Of a DNA stretch of 64,000 nucleotides, positions 55,084-64,000 are shown piece after piece. The notes under the pieces were generated by a model that worked only from the letters and a program-made list of their open reading frames with translations, did not search any database and was not told where the DNA came from. The DNA is from the human T2T-CHM13v2.0 reference genome, Homo sapiens. The stretch is taken from the NCBI RefSeq assembly GCF_009914755.1, contig NC_060926.1; one strand, written 5' to 3'. Every line of letters begins with the position of its first letter. Position 1 is the stretch's first letter. The translations under genes were made by a program, and so were the position numbers.

Positions 55084-56658
55084 ATCATACACCACAATCA
55101 AGTGGAATTTGTAACAAGGATGTTCAACATACTCAAATCAATAAACAGGATACAGCCTATCAACATAATGAAGGACTAAAACCATATGATTACATAAAGA
55201 GTTTTAGAAAAAGCATTGAAAAATATTCAACATCCCTTCATGAATAAAAATCTCAATAAATTATGTATAAAAGGAATGTACTTCAAAAAAAAATAATGGC
55301 CACACATGACAAACACAAAGCTAATATCATACTGAACAAGGGAAAGCTGAACTTTTTTTTTCCTAAGAAATGGACCAAGACAAGCATGCCCATTCTCACC
55401 AGTCTTATTCGATACAGTACTGGAAGCCCTAGCCAGAGCAAATAAGGAAAAGAAAGAAACTAAGGGCATCCAAACTGGAAAAGAGGAAATAAAATTATCC
55501 CTGTTTGTAGATGAAATGATCTGATATATAAAAAGCCTAAAGACTCTACCAAAAAACTCTTAGAAGTGATGAATAAATTTGGTAATGTTGCAGGATACAA
55601 AATCAACCTATAAAAATCAATAGCATTTCTATACATGAACAACAAACTGGCTGAAAAATAAATTAAGAAAGCAATCATTTACAATAGTTTCAAAAAAAAG
55701 CAGTAAAATACTTAGAAATAAATTTGACCAAGGAGGTGAAAAATCTCCGCAAGAAAAATTACAAAACATTGAAAAAAGAAATAGAAAAAGACAGAAAAAT
55801 TGCAAAGACATATTACATTAATTGAATGGAAAAATTAATAATTAATGTTAAAATGACCATACTATTGAAAGTGATCTAGAGATTCAATGAAATGCCTATC
55901 AAAATGCCAGTGAAGTTTTTCATAGAAATAGAAAAAAAATCCTAAAATTCATATGGAACCACAAAAGACCTACAGTAGCTAAAGCAATCCTGAGAAAGAA
56001 AGAACAAAGCTGGAAACATCTCACTACTAGATCTCAAAATATTCTTCAAGTTTATACTAACCAAAACAGCATGGTATTGACATAAAAACTGCCACATAAA
56101 CCCACGGAATTAAATAGAGAACCCATAAATTAATCCACATGTCTACAGTTGACTGATTTTTGACAAAGGCACCAAGAATATTCACTACGGTAAGGACAGC
56201 CTCTTCAATAATTGGTGCTGAAAAAACTAAATATCCATATGCGGAAGGAAACTAGACCCCCACCTCTCACCTTATACAAAAATCAACTCAAAATGGATTA
56301 AAGACCTAATTTTAAAACCCCAAACTATAAAACTACTAGAAAAAAACACAGGGGAGATACCTCAGGACACTGATCTGGGAGAAGGTTTTATGAATAAGAT
56401 TTCAAAAGCACAAGCAATAAAAGCAAAAATAGGATTATATAAAACTAAAAGCTTCTGCACAGCAAACGGAAATAATCAACAGAGTAAAAATATTACCTAC
56501 AGAATGGGAGAAAATATTTTCAGACTATTCATCTGACAAGGAATTAATTTCCAGAATATACTAGAAACTCAAACATTTCAACAGCAAGAGAAATAAACAA
56601 TTTGATTTAAAAAAAAATGGGTAAATAGCACCATTCTCAATATGAAATCAACCCAGTT

Positions 56659-57049
<391 letters not shown>

Positions 57050-58286
57050 TTAATGGTCAAATGGAATACTATTTGGCCATAATCAAAGAACAAAATCATG
57101 TCATTTGCAAAGAAAAAAAGGGCAAGTAATCTCAGCAGACATTTATCTAAAGAAGACATACAAATGGCCAACAAATATGTGAAAAATGCTCAATATCACT
57201 AATCATCAGGAAAATGCGAATCAAAACCACAATGAAATATCATATCGCCTCATCCCAGTTAGAATGGCTACTATGTAAAAGACCAAAAAACAAACAAACA
57301 AACAAATGTACTGGCAATGATGGGGAGACAACTGAAATCTAATACACTGTTGGTGGGATGTTAACTGGTACAGCCATTTTGGACAATGGTATGAAGTTTC
57401 CCCAAAAAAACTACAAATAGAACTGTCATGTATTAATAATTCAGCAATCTCTCTGCTGAGTATTTATCCAAAGAAAAGGAAATCTGTGTATTGAAGCGAA
57501 TTCTTCACCCTCCTGGTTATTGCAGCATGATTCACAATAGCCAGAAAATGGAATCAACCAAAGTTTCCAACAACAGATGAATGGATAAAGAAAATATGAA
57601 ATGTACACACAATGGAATACTATTTAGCCTTAACAAAGAATGAAATCCTGGCATTTACAACAACACGAATGAGCCTGGACGACATAAGTGAAATAAGTGA
57701 AGAACAGAAAGTTAAATACCACATGTTCTTGCTCATATGCAGAAGTTGATCTCATAGAAGGAATAGTAGAACAAAGGTTATTAGAAGCTGGGAAGATTAA
57801 AGGGAAGGGGGGAATAGGCAGAGATTTATTAAAGGATACAAAATTATAGCTAGATAGGAGAAATACGTTCTAGTGTTCTATAGCACTGTAGGATGACTAT
57901 AGCTAACAATAACATATATCTTCAAATTGCTCCAGAGAAGATATTGAATGTTTGCAACACATAGAAATGATAAATGTTTGAGATGATGGATATGTTAATT
58001 ACCCTTATCTGATCTCACTATATATTGTATGTATTGAAACATCACTATGTATCTCATAAACATGTACAATTATCTCTATCAAAGAATAAGTAATTTTTTA
58101 AAAACCCATAACCTAATATTGCATTTCAGCTTATTATATACTTAAGTGTTCATTGTTGAGGTGTATAGATACCATCCTTTTATTTGACATGCATCCTAAT
58201 AAGATGAATTAATAAATGGATAGATGTATAGGAATGTAAAATAAATATCGGAGAATATTAATAATGGTGGAATATTGGCAATACAA

Positions 58287-58723
58287 TGTATTTTTCTAGG
58301 GTTGCCATTAACAAACTGGATGTCTTAATCAAGAGAAATTTGTTGTCTTCCAGTTCCGGAATCTAGAAATCCAAGATGAAGATGTCAGTAAGTTTGTTTT
58401 CTTCTGAGGGCTGTAAGAATCAGTTTGATGCCTGTTACCTAGATTCTGGTAGTTTGCTGGCAATCTTTGACATTCCTTGGTTTAAAAGCATCACTCTGGT
58501 CTCTGTCTTCTCTTTACATGGAGTACTCCTTGCACATGTGTCTGTCTAAATTTCCCCTTTTCATAAGAACACCAGTCATAATGGCTTAGGTCCTACTCTA
58601 AAGACTTCATCTTAACCACTTATGTCTGTGACAACTCTATTTTCAAATAACCTTACATTCTGAGTTACTCAGGGTTAGGACTTCAATGTAAAAATTTTAG
58701 GGGACCCACTTCAACCCACAACA
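58287..58723 (-). mobile_element. MLT1C-like LTR
   Basis: ttctgagggctgt...ggtagtttgctggcaatcttt...ttcaacccacaaca. Confidence 0.8.
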
Positions 58724-60519
58724 CATACACATATAATGCTTTAGTGTGAATTTTTCTTGTTAACAATAACTATACATGAAATTTAGGATTTAGAGGTTTT
58801 CACTTTCTATGCCACACATTTTTGCATTGTTCACGTTCTTACAGAGTACATGCATGCATACTTATCCAGAAGAAATTTTTCATGGATGATAAATCAAAAG
58901 CAATTCAGATATCCAGGAAATATGCTTTCCCCATTAGGCTGTTAATATATTCTGCTTATTTTCATTATTATCATTATTAACTAAGATTATTAAGAATAAA
59001 CTTATTCTTTGGGTTAAAGGTGTTTGCTAATAAGAGTATCTGAGATCTCATCAGTTACTCATTCACTCAATTTTAATATAAAATCTAATTTTTATTCTAT
59101 TTATGGATTGATTTTTCCTTTTTTAAATTACTTTAATAAAAGAGAGATTTTATTATAGGGCCTTGCTTTTCTTACTTTTTTTTCAATTAGTGTATTTGGA
59201 GCATTCATTCATGTAAGTACAAATATTTCTACTTAAGGAAGCACTGTAGTTTATTTACCCATCATTTAAATTTTGAGTTATTACCAATGCCTCCTAATTC
59301 CACACAATCTGTGGAGAATATGCTTGATGCATTTCAGTAATCTTATAGGATGAATTTCCCATAAATAAACTGAAAAATCCAATGATAACCACATAAATAT
59401 TTTAACAAATACAAATTCTTAACTCAAATTTTAAAAATATCTACTTATTTCTTCACCAGCAGCTCAAAATCCAAAAGTCTTAATATAGATTGATATTAAT
59501 GCCTAACTTTATAAAGATTTTGTATTCATAGAGAAAAGAAACAGCTTTCCTACATAGCTAATTCTTACTCTATAAATACAAGTTTTATTATTTTATTGTT
59601 GGAACTATACATAAATCAAAGTATTTTTAATTGATCTAAGATTCAGTGGCATTATTTCAAGAAGAAACATACGCTGTCTGTTCATATTATTGCTAACGTC
59701 ACACCAATGGTTTCATTATAAGCAGTTTCTAAATGTATAGAAATGTATAGCTAAAATATACATTTGTATTCTAAACTCTACATCATGGTTCCAGGATGTC
59801 TTTATTAAAATAATGAAGTCGTGAGTGATAAGACTGCAGGAATACCAAGACAGAATAAAGGTGTTATCTGTAATTAGATTACATTTTTGCCTTCGTGCAT
59901 CAAAATGCTTTATAATTTAAATCAAAATTGGCAAGCATTTAAATATCACGATGAGGTACTCACTTTTTACTTAAATACATAAATTAGCATATGCAACGCA
60001 GTTTGCTAGTTTGATTATCAGGCACATATTATGCATTATAAAATGCAGTAAAATCTGTCATTACACATTGAGTTGAATGAGAAAATGATTTAGAAGTTTC
60101 AAAGTAAAATTATAATAAGCTACTTTTTATTCATATAGAACTTTTTTCCAGTGATGTGCATTACTGATATATATCACATCATAGATATATGATGTGTATA
60201 CACATATATTGTACATTTACCTCTAAAAAATCCTTTTCACTTCATCCTTGTACATCAGGATATTATTTTATCTCACTACAGCAAAAAGAATAGCAACTAT
60301 GGAGGAATTTTTTAGTGAGTCAGTGTTAAAAATATTCATTGGTAGCCAATCTCAACATATGTTAAATGCTGGAGTAACTCACTTTCTCACCATCCTATAT
60401 ACATAATAAATTTTAAACAACACACATAATATGATTTTTAATGCACAATTCAATTTTAAATGTGTAAAGAGAGTGTCATTTTGGAAAACATAAATAACCT
60501 ATGTAAATATTTGCAATTT

Positions 60520-62090
60520 TTCCTTTTTAAAAAATTTATTAAACATGAGAAATATAGAGGATATTTAGATAATCACCCATTTATTCACCACAAAAAATGA
60601 ACAAAGATTACCATTTTGCTATTTCAGCTATATCTTTTTATAAAGAAAGTATTGCTATTTTTGCAGCTGACTCTGCCTTACTTTCCCCTACAAGTTAAAT
60701 CACTCTTCTGAAGCCAGTTGTACATTCCTTCTATCCATGTTTATATAGTTTTACTTCATATGTGTATATTCATAAACAACGTTAGTATTTTTAAATATTG
60801 TAACTTTTATATAAAAGATATCATGTTATATGTACTTGGTAATTCCTTACATTTGACCCTTCAATATTCTTAATATTTTTATATTGATATGTATAGCTTT
60901 AACTAATGTATTTCACTGCCATATATTTTTTCATTAAATTTGTGTACTTAAATCAACTTACCTGTTTCCAATTGAAGAATTTCTTTTTCCTTTTAAAAAT
61001 TATTACAAGCAATTGTGTAATGAACATTTCATTAACATTTTCCTGTGTACACGTGCAAATGCTTCTTCTCGTTACAAACTTAAATAAAATAATTTCAAGG
61101 TTGTATTAGAGTATGTCTATCTTTATTTTTCTGGGTTTTCTAGTCCCCTTTCCAAATTGGTAAAACTGTAATACAAAATTAAAACAATTTTGTATAGTTG
61201 GTACAAAATTGTACCAACTCTACTGCTATAGTTAGTACAAGGAAATTTATTTTTTTCCATGTCTCTGCTAATATGAGGTATGGGAATAATTTTTTAAAAT
61301 CTTTTTCAATTTGATGGATTTTAAATAGAACATTAATGTTTACATTTCCGTCTCAGTGCTATGGAAGATGGTAGAGATATTCTGCAAATTCCATATAGCC
61401 TTCTCCTAGTGTGAATTTCTACTACTGTATCCACAAAAACAGTTCAAAATCTCTAGTTCCAGACAAATTTAAGAAATTTGGCACACATAAATGTTTAGAA
61501 TATATTTGAGATAGTGGCTTGTAAATAGCAAACTGTCCCCAAATCTTTCATTGAATAATCAATTTATTAATTCTAATATGTGTAGTCCGTTCTTTAACAT
61601 ATTTAGTGCCATTCTTGTGATATATCTAGTTCCATACACATGTGGATTAATTTCTGCATTGTTTTTAATTTGACTCTTTATATCCTGTGTCATAGTTTAC
61701 TCTTTATATTGCTATTGCATTATAATTATTTCCAATATCTGAAGAAAATCCTCCCAGCCCCCCTTGCTCTTAATATTTTATTTTATTACTGTCTTGGCTC
61801 TTTATTTTTTCATATGAAATTTTTGTTAGTCAAATTTCTCATAATAAATCTTCCCATCCAAAACATGATTAGCCACTCTATTTTGTTAAATTTTTGCCTG
61901 AATGATATTTTGTTTTTTCTCCATATAGATTTTACATGTATATATTTCAAAGATTATACCTAGACAATTTTAAATGTTGTTACTATTATACAGAGATATT
62001 CCTTATAGATTCACAATTATTAATTTTTCCCGTCTTTATATTCAGATATATGAGAAATCTATTTTTGCCTATGTCAATGACATATTTAGC
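60520..62090 (-). mobile_element. Old L1ME relic
   Basis: attacaagcaattgtgtaatgaacatt; ttgaataatc; actgtcttggctctttatttttt catatgaa motifs. Confidence 0.6.
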
Positions 62091-62099
62091 AGTTTAAAA

Positions 62100-63950
62100 A
62101 AGCAGTATGAAAAAAGCAGAAAATATTCTGGAAAGAAAGACAAAACATAAACATAGAAGGCAAATCAGTGGTTGGAGGCAGAATATTGTGTGTGGAGAGG
62201 GAGGTTTTTCACAAATGGGAGCATGAGGAAACTTTTGGGATGATGAAATGTTCTTTATGTCAACTGTGTGTGGTAGGAGACAGAGTACTCTATGAATTGC
62301 CTAAACCCACAAAACTGTACCCGATAGAGATGGAATTTTACAGTCTGTAAATTTTACAAAGTAAATAACCAGAATGAAGGAAAAATTCAAAATGGAATAC
62401 GAACTATAACAAATAAATCTACTACTTATAATTAATATAACCACATTGAAGGCATTGGGAAAAGAAAAATTAACCTAAATAAATTTGGGGAATGATATTT
62501 TGCTATTACATCATAAGGCAAAAGACAAAAGGACTATACACAATTACTGTAGTCTAGTCAGTATTTTTTTTTTTACCCACGGGTAAACTCACAGGTTTGC
62601 AAATCTGAAACTACTTTCAGAAAATACTATGGTTGAATACTATCCACTATTGTGGATAATGAGGGCAGTTTTTTCACTGTCATAGATTGAGGTTACATAA
62701 GAAGACTAGAAGGAATCCTATGGTGTGGACTAAAATTGAGGAATTAGCATGAGCACACAGCTTTTCAAAATATATACAGTTGACCCTCCACATCCATGAA
62801 TTCCACATCTATGGATTCAACCAATCATAGATGGAAAATATTCAGGAAAAAATGTACTGAACATATACAGACTTTCAAATTGTCATTATTTCCTACACAA
62901 GAAACCAGAGCTCATTGGAAGAGTCATTGATTCAAGGGATGGAACAGACAAAAGCAAAATGTGGAAAATTTTGTGATCCCAGAATATAAGGAGGTTTGGA
63001 AGGCAGGATGTAGGGAAGGAAGACTGAATTACATAGGAACCACGCTGAAAGAGCTCTCCCTGACCAAAGCTGAAACAATTTGAATAATAAAATAAATGAC
63101 CATATTACTGGAATAAAACCCAAAGAGTAAATAGCTTTTATACTGACATAATTAATTGTAACAAATAAATAAAGACAAGAGAAGAGACAGCTCTTCATTA
63201 AAGAGGAATTTCAATATGTAACCATTAAAGGAATATAGAAAATAATAATTCCAGTTTGAATACCGAAGTAATAATTTTCCCATTCAAGGTTCACTGGTGG
63301 TTTTTAAAATTAGTTAGTGTAAGTTTGAGGCAAAACAAGATATTTGCATAGTCTCAAAATATCTTTCTCAAAATGTGCCTTAATGGCACAGGGAAAAATA
63401 GTAACTATAGAATTAAAAAAAAAAACAAACCATCAGGTACAACCTAAACCAAGTGATCAAGGTTAACATCACCAGTAATACCATATTTTGATATCATGTA
63501 TCTACTGATTTGACACACTGAAGGGTACAGGGATCTTAAGATGTTATATTTTTGAGAAAAAAATCATTACCTTAAGGGAATCATAAAGAAACACAAATCA
63601 AGGGACATTCTACCAAGTGATTGATCAGTACTCATCCAAGTGTCGAGATCATAAAAATAAGTGGAGACTGAGGAACTATTACAACTTGGGAAAGACTAAG
63701 AAGACATGACAACTATATGCAATTTGAGGCTCCAGATTCAATCTTGTAACAGGAAAATAATAATAGCAGAAAAATTGGTAATATCCAAAAAGGGTCTGAG
63801 GTTTAGTTAATAGTAGACTATAAATATTAAATGCTTAATTTTAATAATTGAACTATGGTTATGTATGATGTTAACATTAGAAGAAGCAGGGTGGAGATAT
63901 GTAAGAAAACTATGCATTAAGATTATTTCAACAATAAAAAGCTTTTAAAA
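62100..63950 (+). mobile_element. L1MC-type 3' region with a MER2 fragment at 62776-62898
   Basis: aaccaagtgatcaaggttaacatcaccagtaat; tgatcagtactc; cagttgaccctccacatccatgaattccacatc (MER2). Confidence 0.75.
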
Positions 63951-64000
63951 TGAAGAAGTGCTTTCTGAGTCAGAGATTCTCTATGTACATGGCTAAACCC

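Overview
Human genomic DNA (two AluYa5 copies mark it as Homo), AT-rich and gene-poor, mostly nested transposon relics: L1PA/L1MA/L1MB/L1MC/L1ME fragments, about 10 Alus, MaLR/ERV LTRs (THE1, MST, MLT1/2, MER4, LTR22), DNA transposons (Charlie1, MER5, MER53, Tigger3, MER2) and one structurally complete 7.1-kb MER57A-type ERV1 provirus (two LTRs, TGAG target-site duplication (TSD), tRNA-Leu primer-binding site (PBS), polypurine tract (PPT), decayed pol/env). The supplied ORFs appear to be repeat-derived or chance frames. The only non-repeat coding candidate is an unidentified exon-like open frame at 240-517. I found no prokaryote-style system and no clearly novel gene system. The most unusual signal is a cluster of local templated copy-paste events: a ~430-bp sequence duplicated either side of the provirus plus a third, inverted partial copy pasted inside it between 34-bp duplications; a ~180-bp copy pasted into an L1 from 2 kb away; a ~45-bp copy from 1.2 kb away; and fold-back insertions. 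These resemble scars of polymerase-theta end joining (TMEJ) or microhomology-mediated break-induced replication (MMBIR). Repeat subfamily names come from recalled consensus sequences, and identities were estimated by eye.
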